A stretch of DNA of 63,908 nt, the filler included, from Asterionella formosa (Eukaryota), in NCBI GenBank assembly GCA_002256025.1. It is 11 parts of 10 records of this genome, joined end to end, with 100 filler letters (N's around TTAATTAATTAA, not from the genome) between each part and the next. Parts side by side here need not be neighbours in the genome. Positions count along the whole stretch, not along the records: positions 32,789 to 39,237 come from NKIB01012705.1; positions 39,338 to 45,786 come from NKIB01012706.1; positions 45,887 to 52,333 come from NKIB01012707.1; positions 52,434 to 58,875 come from NKIB01012708.1; 7 more parts are not named here. One strand, given 5' to 3'. The translations under genes and the position numbers were made by a program. Of this stretch, positions 39,204-52,488 are shown piece by piece. Every line of letters starts with the position of its first letter. Within the stretch, counting starts at the first letter, position 1. The notes below the pieces were generated by a model. It was given only the letters and a program-made list of their open reading frames with translations. It ran no database searches and had not been told where the DNA came from.

Positions 39204-39498
39204 TTCAGCGTCAATGTCATCATTCAGACATGAATATNNNNNNNNNNNNNNNNNNNNNNNNNNNNNNNNNNNNNNNNNNNNTTAATTAATTAANNNNNNN
39301 NNNNNNNNNNNNNNNNNNNNNNNNNNNNNNNNNNNNNTTGGAAATTTAAAGAAAACGCATTGCCCTTGAAACTTGAAAGGCAAAGCTTTGGAGTTCGGCA
39401 AAGGATTCTGCATTCAGTAATCGCAGAAATCCAGTCTCCCCGCCAACGTGGCCATCATCGTTCAGGTAAAAAAGGAGTGTCGCAAGGCCTGTTTATTT

Positions 39499-39665
39499 TG
39501 TTGAGGGGAACCTTGTCGTGAATAAAGGTGAACTACAATATTATGACTATTCTATTGCTGTTTCGAGTACATCGTTGTTAGCACTCACGCATGTACCTAA
39601 TCTGATGGCTGCGCCGGTATGGTTCGTACGGCGCATGTATGGAGCATCATATGCAGATATAAACA
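39499..39665 (-). repeat. 3' LTR
   Basis: 167 bp, preceded on the minus strand by purine-rich ggtaagagtg (PPT-like). Confidence 0.95.
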
Positions 39666-42600
39666 CACTCTTACCAACAGATTCAGGGAGAACAACAGGA
39701 GCTGGGGTGGAGATGATATCAGCAGTGGAAGCCAAGCACGCATAATAGTTAGGAGGACTAGGGAGGGATGGAGGGCAATGGAGATAGTGTGGGTGCATCA
39801 ACATATGATGGGAAGCGGGATGATGTTTAGTGAAATAATCAGCACGATTCAAACTACCTTTTTTCCAGTATACAAGAAATTGGCCTTGGCGAACACGATT
39901 GCGTACCCAGAAATAATGCATATCCATAGCTTTGGAGCATTTTTGTCAGACGGTATCATTGGCGATGCCACTGGCAGTGCTATTATTGGTGACAATACGG
40001 GTAGAAGGTTGGGGATGACCAAGCTCAACAGGAATGTTGCAAATAGCATATGCCTCTTTGCCATTGTGGAACAAAGCAACTAATTCGGCCTCAGCAGCAC
40101 TTGATAAAACCTCCTTAAGAATTTGACAGTGTACGTAAATAGCACCGTTAAGAGGAGGGATGGACGTAGTGAGGCTAGGCAGAGACAAGGGTAACAGCTG
40201 AGAAAGTGAATGCCGGCAGCGCGGGAGTGACCACGTGTTTCAGATAGATAGGAGGCATCGCTTTCAACATGGAGGACCATGTCACTGGCAGTAAAGCGAA
40301 GTGTGGCTGGCTTCAGGATGAGTGGCACAATAATTGAGAAGGTGAGTAATAGCAGTCAAGGTAGCCACAGTGAATAGCATGGGCATAATACAATTAAGTA
40401 CCAAGAATCTCCTGCACACGTGTTTTATCATGGAGGTCAAGGACAGGAGTGACATCAGGAACATCAAATTGCTGGCAAGCGCCATAACTAGGTGCAGTCC
40501 AGGCATGGGGGGCATGTTGTGGGTGTGTTGGGTTGGAGTGTGTGAATCGTTGTAGAGCACAAACAATGTAACCAGGCATAGTGAGTGCGATGTTCGTAGT
40601 CCCACCTCAGCGTAAGGACAATGTAACGAGAGCCAGTCCAATCAGTTGTGAGACGGTATTTGGTACGTAAAGTGGGGAGGAGACGGTCCATGTCACTACG
40701 TTTGATGTAATGTACACCAAAATCATCAACAACAAGCGTAAACATGAGATCACTGGTGGTATCCATCCATAGGCCAGGGGTGACTGGGCAGGGGAGGTAA
40801 TGATGAGGGAGCAAGAACTGAGCAAGTTGATCATTGGCAAGTTTACCAGCCTGAGGCAGCCCCATACATGCCACAAGGATTTCGGCATAGATGTGCCCAT
40901 CAATGATGTTGGGAGCTAGGTTGTAGAGGGTTTGAATGTGTGGGGGGATCATCCATATGGGGATGCGCACGTATTCATGCTGGGCAGGTGCAAGATGACT
41001 TTCCAGATAAAAATCAGATAAATCCAGAGTCATGAAGCGGCCATTGGGGGTACTGATGGTGCTGTTGAACAAACATTTTGCAGTAGGGAGATCAGCAGTC
41101 TTGGTGCTGACATTGCCAGTGTAAATGACACAATCACCCCCAGCGGTCCAACGAACACATTGGGGAATGGTTTTTCCGGGACGACCGGCGCACACAATGC
41201 GGATGTAAGTGGCGCGTTTGTGTGAGGGCATCTCATGCTTATGAATGAAAAAACAGCAATTAGTACCCGTGAGCATGTCAGAATGGGGTCCCAATCCCTG
41301 AAATAACCGGCCAATATCTAAGCCATTGGCGGTGGCCCACAGGGGAGCAGTGCTGCAAGTCAATAATTCTCTATATCCAGCAATTTTGGTATTGTCAGGG
41401 TTGATAGCGGTGCCATGGAAACAAAAATTACTGTCCAGGGGAGTAGCATTGGTTTGAGGAGGGGCGGAGAGAGCACAGTTCTTGGCAAGCAAAGATTGGG
41501 TGTGGGGACGGCTGGCATGTGGTGCATCACGTGGGGTGTTTTTATGGCGACGACGGCTCTTGGGCACAGTGGTAGTGTCATAAGTGTCCGAAGGGGAAGG
41601 TGCTAGGGGACTGGGCAGCACAACAGCATCGCGATAGGTGTGAGGGGATGCTGGAATGATCTTGCGGCCACTGGCAGGAGGGGACCTAGGGGTAGGGTTA
41701 GGGTTACCGGCGAGGTGAGGGTTAGGGTTTGGGGTAGGGTTAACAACACTCGAGTCGGTAGGGTTAGGGTTAGGGGTAGGGTTAGGGTTAAGCACCCTCA
41801 GTGGTTGGGCAGCACCATCGAGGGCTGGAGAGACCGGGAAAGGTATACAGGCATCAGGATCAGGGAGAAGGGGGATGGTGGATGCTGTGGGTGTACCGGA
41901 CACCCTCAATGATGGAATGGGGTGATGCAGGAGGGGAGCGTTGGGTAGGTGGGTGAGCGAGCTCAGGCGGGGAGAGAATTTCAAGGAGCTGCTGGAGAGC
42001 AGCTTTGTGGGTTGCAGTGAGTGGGGCAACGGGAGACCGAGTAGTGGGATGTAACAAGGCATAGGCAATGTCCTGCAAACTGGTCGTGATGAGATCAGTG
42101 GATGAATTACAGGGTAGGTGGACTTTGGTTGGAAACTACGAGACAGTACTATTGCAGATTCTGATTGAACGTGTGTCCCACATCCAGATGCGGTAGCAGC
42201 GATAGGAATCCACAGCAGGGCCGACATACCAACCATCGAGAGCATGCGGAGCCCATGTTGTGCAGTGTTGGGGCTTGGCATGAACAAGGACCCGACAGCC
42301 AGGTGGAGCAAGGGGGACACGGTTGTAATCATATGTTCCATTGACCTATGCCCAAGCAGACAGTTTGGGGTTGATGCGTGAGCTACGGAGGAGATTAAGA
42401 GTAAGTTCAGCTTGAACTAATAGTTGGTACCACAAGTTGAGAGGAAAGTCTTTGTCGACACTGCATAGACCTGCAATGAAATAGTTTGAAAGGTGCGAAT
42501 CGCACGTTCAGCAGCATTGCGACGATGGACAGCCGGCGGGACCAACTGAAAGTCATTAGCTTCGGCGTCCAAGAACCCCTTGAGGAGTGTAGAACACTCG

Positions 42601-44910
42601 TTGTCAAGGCGTTGAAGTTTGGGACGTAGGCCAGCTTTGCACAAGCGTTGGTGTAATGTTCTATATGCTGCAAGGAGGCAGGAAGCGGTTCGGTTATGAA
42701 AGGGCTGAACGAAAATGTAGTTGCTGTCGTAATCATATAAAATCATAATGTAGTTGTTTCCAGCGCTGGAGGGGAGTATGAATTTTTCGGTTTGATCCGT
42801 GTAAATTTGGCCTGTGGGTGCAATAATGGATGCAACACACATATGGGTAGGGGTTGCAAGACCCTCAGGGTGGAAATCAGCATCACCCAGCACATTGGTA
42901 GGAAGGGATCCAAGTTCAGGCTCAATGATAGTTGGGGGCACACGTGTGGATCGTACGTTTTGACGTTTTTGATCGAGGTGGCCTTTGATGGTTGCGATGG
43001 AATGAGGGGGATGTTTGCGTAGTGTAGTTAAGGTTAGACCCGGAAAATTTATAAGATACTCATGGAGTAATGCGCTTTCCAAAGTAGAGATAACAGGAGA
43101 AAAGAGGGCCGCATGGGCAAAGGCAACAAGGACTGGTGCATTGGGACTGCCAATGGCGGTAGCAGCGTAGTGGTTAGGGGTAGGCAATGGTGGATCAATA
43201 GTGGCAGTGGTGACATGCCATAATCGAGTGGTGGTGGAGCGATGGCCCTGAAGGATGCAATGACCATCAGATAAGACAGACATGTGCAGTTTGGTGAAGA
43301 GTACCTCGTAGCCGGAGTCACATAGTTGTCCAATGCTCAATAAAGAGCAATTTTGCAGACCAGGGACAATGTGTACATGACGAGCAGCGGGTAGTAATAG
43401 CATAGGTAAAGATAATTCGGCCTCATGTGTAGATTTAACATGGTTGCCATTAGGAAGTTGAATGGTGATAGGGTTGGTGGTAGGTTGTTTGTTGATGACA
43501 GGTAAATCAACAGTGGCGTAATTGCCGTTGGTGGTAGGTTGTTTGTTGATGACAGGTAAATCAACAGTGGCGTAATTGCCAGAACTACCCGAATCTGCAA
43601 TGAGTGTGATGGGGGGAAAAGTGATGGGAGATAAGTTTGTGTTAATAGCATTATCGACAGCAACTTGCTCCCCTCCACATCAAGCAAGTGGTGAAGGTGG
43701 CGGTGAAACACGGGGTGGCTGGGTGGGACGGGTACCATCACTGAAAATACGGACGCTGCCACCCATACGTCGATCAAGGGTGGCAGTGATTTGATGGCCG
43801 GAAGATGGATGATTGCAAGTTGCACTGGTATGGTCAGGGTTTTTGGTGAGACCATGAGTCCAACAATAGCCTAATTGGACATTGTTTTAAGTGTATCCAG
43901 AAGGGACAGCACGAGCAGCTGCAGCAATACCTTTCAATGGGGGAGGGCCACTGGTTTGAATGGCAGCATGGGCACCATGATAACCGGCGGTGGTGGCGGT
44001 GGCAAGGCGCAATCGTTCCTTATCAGCATGCATGAAATGCGGGCAAAAATTAACCCATATACGGTCCATCTCAGCGCGATCACGCCAAGTTTGAATGCTA
44101 TGAGAATATACACCAGCCTGTTCTAAAGCAGAAAGAGTCAATCGCATGACAGTACTGTCAGAGAAAGGTTCCCCACCAGCATCAGCAATGGCACAAAGAT
44201 GTTTGATGCGGATCCATAAATGTTCAATAGCTTCCTCTGGTGTCCACGCATCAGCCAAGCGCATGCAATTAAGTTCTTAATCATCCGCACTCAACGTTGC
44301 ATATGTAGATTCTAAGTGAGCAAGCAAGGTCAGAACAGTGATGTCGGCATATCCAAATGTAGCATCTTCCAGAACGTTGTAGTAAGTTGGGTCAATGGCT
44401 GTTAGAATTTGTTGTCGGAGAATTTCACGGATTTGGGAGTAATGGCGGAATGATGCATCAAGGGAGGTGTCAAAGAGATGGTTGGCAGCAGTGATTTGGG
44501 ACTGTGTTGCAGTAGCACTGTGTGGCGGCTGGGTACCGGGATGTTCGGGCGGTAAAAAGGGTTCACTGGCACGTAAAAGATAAGGAGCAGCAGCCATGAC
44601 AATACCAAGGAAACCATTGACACCACCACCACTGGTACAGTGGTGGACAGTGCGAGCATTGGCAAAGAGTTCCTTGCGAAGGTGGGTTACAGTAAGGGCT
44701 GTAGGTTTGCCCTTGATCGGCGTCAAGAGCGGATGAGGGAATGGGAAAACAGCGGAAACGATTGTAGTTGCCATGGTGGAAGAAGGCCCGAGAGACAGGG
44801 AAAGCGAACGGGCAAGCAGTGCTGCTGTATGGTTGATTGTTGAGAACAGTGCTGGTTTGCACCGCTGACAAGAGCCGCAACGTCACAGGTGCGGACAAGG
44901 GAGAGAACAG

Positions 44911-44922
44911 ATATTGTAGTTC
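44911..44922 (-). promoter_or_regulatory. Non-tRNA primer-binding site (gaactacaatat), complementary to LTR 44954-44965
   Basis: Abuts the 5' LTR, lacks TGG, and forms a perfect 12-bp inverted repeat with the LTR. Confidence 0.65.
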
Positions 44923-45089
44923 TGTTGAGGGGAACCTTGTCGTGAATAAAGGTGAACTACAATATAATGACTTTTCTATTGCTGTTTCGAGTACATCGTT
45001 GTTAGCACTCACGCATGTACCTAATCTGGTGGCTGCTCCGGTATGGTTCGTACGGCGCATGGATGGAGCATCATATTCAGATATTAACA
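44923..45089 (-). repeat. 5' LTR
   Basis: 167 bp, 7 substitutions versus the 3' LTR. Confidence 0.95.
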
Positions 45090-45689
45090 TATTTCTTTAT
45101 CTAAATACATGTAAAATCTTCAGTATCCTACTATTCCCTGCAATAGATGTGACCATGTCTAGCTATAGTCAACGAACTGCTCGCTCAGCCGAACATCATA
45201 TTACCGGCATGTAGGCCATCATGCATTCGGCGGGATTGATCACCAATTGGATCGTCGCTCACACCTCCTGCCCATGAGCGATCCTCTATGCGAACCACTC
45301 CATTTATGATGGCACGAACCAAAGCGATTCGCTGATGATACCGGTACTTGGTACCTGGTAGTCTGTATACTGGTGATGGTACTGGTACCAGGTACCTTGT
45401 ATCAGGTTACCAGAGTACCAGTACCTGGTACCAGCAAATGAGTTGTGGTATCGTTGCCTGGTGTAATGGATATATATATATAAAGAATTTATAAATAAAA
45501 TGGCCGCAACTTGGAGGTACCTGGTACCACTACCTTGTACCACCGGTAGTTCCCTAAATCTTGGGGTAACTGAAATACCTGGTGGTACCCTGATTCTATC
45601 ATGATTTGATTCTGCTTCCATTTCACTTTCAATCACACAAAAAGTCAAACAAAGAAACTCAACAAAACCAACCTAAGCAACAAGGAAAC

Positions 45690-45786
45690 ATGACCATTAA
45701 CCTCTTCCCTGACATTGTCATTCAACAAGATCTTTCTCCCGATGCTTTCGGACAAGACACTGACGAGCGCTGCGATGAAATCGTTG
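45690..45786 (+). CDS. 5' fragment of a gene, possibly annexin, cut by contig end
   Basis: MTINLFPDIVIQQDLSPDAFGQDTDERCDEIV after an A/C-rich 5' UTR. Resembles diatom annexin N-termini from recollection; only 32 aa visible. Confidence 0.4.
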
Positions 45787-45886
45787 NNNNNNNNNNNNNN
45801 NNNNNNNNNNNNNNNNNNNNNNNNNNNNNNTTAATTAATTAANNNNNNNNNNNNNNNNNNNNNNNNNNNNNNNNNNNNNNNNNNNN

Positions 45887-47807
45887 AAAGGGATCGAAAC
45901 CAGTGGAAAAATCAAAACCAGGGAACTAAAAATGCTCTGCAAACATCATCAGGACAATTGTGAAAGAGAAATGAAGGTTCTTGGGAGGAGAAGTAAAGGG
46001 ATAATTGCTTCTGCTGGTCTTGCGGGAACAAGAATAGATTGACCCAAACAATGTTGACAAATAGGTACCTAGTTTACTATGGGAAAGGAAGCAATGCATT
46101 CAGCATCATCAATCTATACACAAGCCTGCGCCACCTGATGTTGTCAGTATAGCTACCTCGACTTCATCAATGAAGAAGTCAATGGGTGGAGCATGTGAGG
46201 AAAATCGGGGTTGAGGTTTTCTTGACGCCAACGTGGACCTGCTTTGCTGAACTCCTTGCAGATGAAGGCATTGAGTAACCTGGGCCTGTGAAGCCGAAGG
46301 ATAAAGAAAAATCTACGACAAGGGTGGTGAGATAGTGTTTACTAGGAGGGGGGAGCAAAAGTTATCACCGCTGAACGCATTGCAAATGTTCAACTATGTA
46401 TACATTTAAACTTCTTACAAATCTATATATATATGTATTCATGGCTGAAACATTTGAAATCATGTTTTCATGTTCCTTGTCATGCATACACTTTGCTCCT
46501 GAATTGAAGGATTAACACAGATGATGACGCGGAAAACGAAAGTGATAGTAATAAAGCACAATGATACTTGCGGCTTAGAAGAGAAGGGCGGAATCAATTG
46601 ATGGTACTAAGTCAAGAGTAGATGCCTTTCATGTTTCTTGTCATGCTGCATCCACTTCCTCAAATGAAAGATCTCAAGCAACACATGATGTGAAAAACTG
46701 AAGTGACAATACAGCACGATAAGAATGAGTGAATTTGATGGAGAAGGGCGGAATCAACAAGCTGTCCATAGCATCGCGGTTTGTCAAGAGCAAATGCCAA
46801 GATGATCAATTGCTGGGATTACAAATACGGAATGACTCGTCCCGCCCCTTTCAGTGATACAATAGCTCCTTTTCGATTTGGTGGCTGGTCAACCATCAAT
46901 GTGGACAAAAGAAATCGGTAAGTGCTGCCTATCAGCCATCTTTGGATCAATCCACAACTGTTAGAAAAACTGACACATATGTGTTGCTTCTTTCAGGATA
47001 ATGGTAGACAAACAGTAATTGTAAGTTACAAAGAGCAGTGTTGGAGCCCATTTATTCATCGATACTTTGTTTCTCATTCAATCTTCGACTGACACATTCT
47101 TCTACAGAAATAGTATGCATCAGTTACTTCCTCAATTTGTGGTAAGTGAAGATAGAAGCGAAATGAATGTTGTTGTGTAAGCAAAACATGAACAGCTAAC
47201 AATGAATTGCTTCTCTTTGTTAGTATGGCTGATTGGAACAACGAAACGGATTCAATAGTAGTAGGAAAATGCGTGAATGCAATCTCAGAACAACCCTCAG
47301 GAGTAAATGGGACAAATCAGGGGAACAACGGCAAGGCAACCAGCACTACTACAACAACTTTCAGAATTGGATTGGGGGGAAGGTGGAAGTGAAAGCGGCA
47401 CCAACAATCATTGCGATGAGAGCATTGTTGAACATTCTGTAGCCACTTAAGATATGATAGAATCATAGAACCATTCTTAGCTAAATATAGCTAGTTCTAA
47501 ATTTCGATCAATTTCATCCTATTTTAGGCAGTGATATCGATGAGAATTACGATCATGCTAAGATAGATGTATGACAAAAGTATACACATCATATGACCAT
47601 GTTTAACTAATTATATGATGCAATGGTATTATAACTATGATAGTCTCATCATACGTCAAGCTCGATAAAAGTTTACTGCATGATCATAATTATATGATAC
47701 ATTGATCATATTTTTGATCAAAAAACTATCATATATGTGAAAATCCTGTGCCACTTAGCGTACGATACCCTTTATCATATTTTCATGATATTTTTTATTT
47801 ACAGATG
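45887..47807 (+). mobile_element. Right part of a C(A/G)(T/A)CTGCAAATAAAAA-TIR element, inserted into a transposase
   Basis: 47440-47807 is homologous to 60190-60641 (aaaatcctgtgccacttagcgtacga..ttttatttacagatg). Internal ~160-bp duplication at 46469-46757. Left extent is assumed. Confidence 0.65.
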
Positions 47808-50800
47808 CACCTAACCTTCTTTCTTTCTTTCAATTAGTTCTTTGGTTTCAATGGCATTCTTTGTACATAGTTCGACTAACTCTCTTTTGCTTTTCCCTTT
47901 CGTGTTAACTCCTTTGCTCAGCAGGTCCATTGTCAATGACAGCCGATTTCGGTCAGCATTTTTTGTTCCAATCACAACATCATGGCGACATAATTCAGCT
48001 TGAGTAGGGGTGAGCCAAAATGGGCCCTGATTTGATTGTAGAAAAGTATGGCTTTGAGTATTGCCTGGATGTAGAATTGAATTGTAAGTTCCCAGGTATC
48101 CTTGTACTGTTTCTATTTTCGTTTCTCTCATCAACGCGTTCCTTTCCTCCAAATGACTTGTTCATTCAGGTTGCATTAAGACCATCAGGGCGTTGCTTTG
48201 AGTGACCAGATGATTGGTCGAAGAGGAATACAAAATGGTAAGTGGGGTGTAGTATCTTGAGGACATCTACACAATCTTCGAACTGACATGCCATGTGTGC
48301 ATAATTCCAGTATCCCTCCTTACTCTCTCCATACTCAAAGTAAACCAGAAAAGGAGATTTCTTTAGATATTTTTTTAGAGCACTTCCATAGACTTCTATA
48401 GCAGCTTCTTCGTCAGCATACTTAGAATGTAGTCTAGAATGATTGACTTGAGTTAGAAGATTAATGTTTAGTTCCCTAATCAGTCCATGTTCTCGACAGA
48501 TCAGGGAACTAATCATTAAACCGGAGCCCTCATCTTTAGGTAGAAGTGGTCTCTCACCACTAGGTCCAGTCCACATCTTAGATGGCAGGAGGAATTGCTT
48601 GAAGATGGCCTCATCTTGGCAGAAAAAAAACCACAGGGTCATCAAGACACTTCCTGACACTTAGGTTGCCGCCATACTGAACATCTGGCATTTTCCCAAC
48701 ATTATCAACATGATATTCTCCAATGTCTACACCAGAACTACTGTAGTGATAGCCTGTATCTTTTGCTACATAACCTTGTACCTCTAGTATCTTAGACTCA
48801 TCAGTACTGAACTGAATCCATCTGTGTGCCTGTACCTCCAAATCAAGATACCTCTTTGTATATGCTGGTCTGTACTCCAAAGTTGTGGCCTTCTCATGAC
48901 CATCTACAAAATAGTGTTTGGCTCTGTTTTGGTACCTGAATCCAACAACATGCATCCAGCATACAATCGTATACATGGATATACACTTCAATCCTTATCT
49001 CCTTAGATAAGATTCCTTTTTGTTGCTTGTTGTGTCTTCATCAAATGCCTGTCCCAGACTCTTCATTGTCGCTGGAATCAAGCTATCATGCACATAGCTA
49101 TGCATCAATTCAATGGACAGCTCCTTCAAGTGAACCACCACTCCGTATCTTTTAAATGCATCCATAGCATCTGGGTGCTCCCGGAAAAACGGCGGGATTA
49201 ATTGCTTGGCAGATGGTGCCTTCAAGAAAGTATTGTTGAACCTAGTAACAATTCGACGATGCCATCACTGTAAAGGTCGCCAGTTAGTGTAGACTTCAAC
49301 ACCAACATCGTTCATTTCACTCATAGAGTGCATGACGCACTTCTTCCATGTCCATCTCATTCCAGTTTGTTCTTCATTTACAAACTTGTGCAATGCAATC
49401 ACCAAATACATACATCTTTGTCGAATCATAAAAATATCATTGGAGCTGCATGTATTTTCCTTATCCCCTTCCTCAACAACAAGTCTCCAATTGCTTGAAT
49501 TCTGATTCACCGACTCAAGTAATTCAATTCTATACATGACGATGTGCTTCACATTGCAATAATTGTTGTATTTGCCACATGGCGCAAAAAGGAGCCGGGC
49601 ATCGCCAGAAGTCCACCAATCGACAAATCCAGGAACATGAGGTTGATTGCTACCATATAGTGAGTCAGAACGACGAGAATCATCTGCTGTATTGTCACTA
49701 TTCCTTGCTTCTTCACCAAAGTCGCATTTTCTTTTATTGGCAGAAGGTGTCATCACCTTTGTAAAAATTTCATCAATTACTACATTGCCATCCTTCCTCC
49801 CACCACACAATCGCCTTGCAACACATGTATCCACCCACAAACATGCATTCTTTCCAGATGGATGATCTTTACAACCAACTTGATCATTTCTCAAGTACCT
49901 TCCAACACCTTGCACTTTTTGTTTCTCTACTCAAGGTATTAAAGTTCTTGATGATCCAAAAAATGCTCTCCTATTTAACAGCCATGAAATAAAGATCTAT
50001 TGTCACCAGGTCAATGCACATCACTCATCCCTACCTTCATTTTGATGTCATTCACATATTGAACTATGCTTGAATTGGTGAATTTAGTTATCCAGACCAA
50101 TACTAGATGTGGATTAGTAATTCATTGCCCTTATCATAAAGTGGTTGTGGAGTTCTTTACAGCAGGCTTGTATTCAAAAACACCTGTTTTCCAGTCTATA
50201 CAACTCATTTGTCCTTCAGTGAAATATCTCCCAGTTTGGGGTTAAATCCATAATTCCTATGATGCTTCTTGTCAAGTCAATGACATTCAGGTTGATGGTT
50301 GTTGTGTAATCATTCCTGATGACTTCTTGACTGTCACTCTCCCATCTTGCAAAGCACTGCTTACATTCTTGGTGATCCAGGTCAATGTCACTTTGTACCA
50401 TATGCATGCCATTGCTGCTGAAATCTATGTCAACCCTCCTTGTCCCCAGCATGGTCATTATGATGGCTTAACTTCAAATCAATTTGTTTGTCATGGAGCT
50501 ATCAGTTCCTACAAACCTGGATTTGGCACATTGGTCACATGTGATGATTTATCTGCTACCATGGTACTCAATTCAACTTGGAATTAGTTGCCTCCTTATG
50601 TTATGAATTCAATAGTACAGAAAATGGATAACTGCAAACTGAGCCTCTGCATGATTTGCATTTACCAAAGTCAATGAAGTTGCCGACACCAAAACAAAGA
50701 TGCTGACAATCACCGCAATGTTCATCAATAGCTTTCTGGATATGCTACCTACTTCCCATGTCACCACATGTCGTACCATACTAACATGCACCATGTCATA

Positions 50801-51149
50801 CCCAGTCTCCGCTACTATCTATACAAATTGTCATAGAATTATGTTTCTTGGTATCCACCATCTCTCATTGGGACATCGTCTTTGGTATAATCCAAATTGT
50901 TAGTGCAAATTTGCCACTGCAAGATTCCTGACATTTCACAATGCAATCTTTGCAAGATCTCCTGGCTTTGGAAATGTTAAGGCATCTCATTGGCGAATTT
51001 ATGATTTACAGAGTTGTCTACGTTTTCCTGTATGAATCTCATTGGAAGGTTCATACCTTCATACCATGGCAGTTGTACCTCATGTAGATGATTGCTCAGC
51101 TCTTTGGATTTTTGGAAATCCTACTTTGATTGATATTGATGTTCGCCTC
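47808..51149 (-). pseudogene. Decayed large DDE transposase (IS630/Tc1-like, 'DGHE' type) with upstream Cys-rich region
   Basis: YFVDGHEK, CQDEAIF, PKDEGSGLMIS, YGESKEGYW, FLFDQSSGH motifs. Truncated at ..KKEG*V by a TIR element. Confidence 0.7.
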
Positions 51150-52333
51150 CGACTGCAAATAAAAACATCATATTTCTATGATGCATCTTAGGACTATGAT
51201 CATCTGATCATAATTTTTCGTTATATCATCAAATAATTTTGATAAATGTCCTCGTAATTTAAATAGTAAGCAACCCTTTTGACTATGGAAATTTAATTAT
51301 TATATGTATTGTTTCTTTTAGGTTCCTTTATTTAAATTTCTTGGTAGGATAATGTACCAGTTAAAGTAATGTGGTTGGGCTCATCATCCTTGCCTGTCCT
51401 CACTCTGATTCTTGCAATAACGACAAAGCAGCCATGTCGAGAGGAACGAGTGTTTGTGATAAAATCTTCATTTTTCGTTTAAGTCATGTCCATTGCGTAA
51501 TGCTTTCTATTTACAAGATTGAACTGGATGCATCTATTCTTACTTTTCTGGAAATTAACTCTGGTCTCTACTTACTACATTTCTCATCAGCAAGTGCATG
51601 ATCTTTCATACTCTTGAGGATTGCATTGGAACTATCACAGAATTCTTTGCCTTGCTTAGTACAACCAACAGTGAAGTCCAATGAAGTATTTCTGTACCTT
51701 TTCCAACTGCTTGCACATGGAATCCCATCTACTCAAGAAATCAATTCTGTTCCATTTCTCCAGCAATATTGGCAATTTGTATCACTCCTTGCCACCTTCA
51801 TTTTGATCCCATGTTACCATATTCAACTGTGACTCAACATACACTGCTCCCTGTCATCCCTAATTTTTTTATGAGCCACACTGGAATAGGCTCTTAGCGG
51901 CTTTACAGTTCCATTAATCAACTGGACAATCAAATTCATGCCATGACAAGTTTTGGGAATCAACAGATCTGTGCATCCTATTTTCCTTCTGTTTGTGAAT
52001 GTACCAGCACTCCAGGCCTACACATAAAAACCCAACGTAGTCAAATCTCTTTGTTCAAGATTGACTCCTCTGTTTCCCCTCTTGATGATGCCACGTTTCC
52101 TTTGTTACCGTTCCTTTTGGTGCTTCTTATGCATCATTGCATGAATATGATGGACACTAACTTCCTTCATTTGGCTAATTTTGATCACATACCAACCTTG
52201 CTTCCTGGCCTCAGCAGTACCAAACACCACCAGACAATTTCTGTTCCTTTTCTTCCAGGTATCTCATTATTTCATGAGATGGGGTGGAGGTTATGAATCA
52301 CTGTCCTATCATGACGTAGATTCATGTGTCTGT
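51150..52333 (+). mobile_element. Left part of a CGACTGCAAATAAAAA-TIR element
   Basis: 51150-51230 is homologous to 59981-60065. Right extent is assumed to the contig end. Confidence 0.6.
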
Positions 52334-52488
52334 NNNNNNNNNNNNNNNNNNNNNNNNNNNNNNNNNNNNNNNNNNNNTTAATTAATTAANNNNNNNNNNN
52401 NNNNNNNNNNNNNNNNNNNNNNNNNNNNNNNNNAACCACATTCATTTAGCACAACAACAACACATTGCTTATCACGGCGAACTTTACC

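Larger units (their letters stand above)
39499..45089 (-). mobile_element. Full-length decayed Ty1/copia LTR retrotransposon (diatom CoDi-type), 5591 bp, 5-bp TSD TATTT
   Basis: 167-bp TG..CA LTRs; TSD at 39494-39498 and 45090-45094. Order gag (44774 MATTIVS.., YCWTHG) - PR (IADSG) - IN (IYTDQT, RLDNE, RRNAAERAIRTF) - RT (GLPQAG, LVVDDFGV) - RNase H (SDASYLSE, ADYFTKHH). Frameshifts present. Confidence 0.96.
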
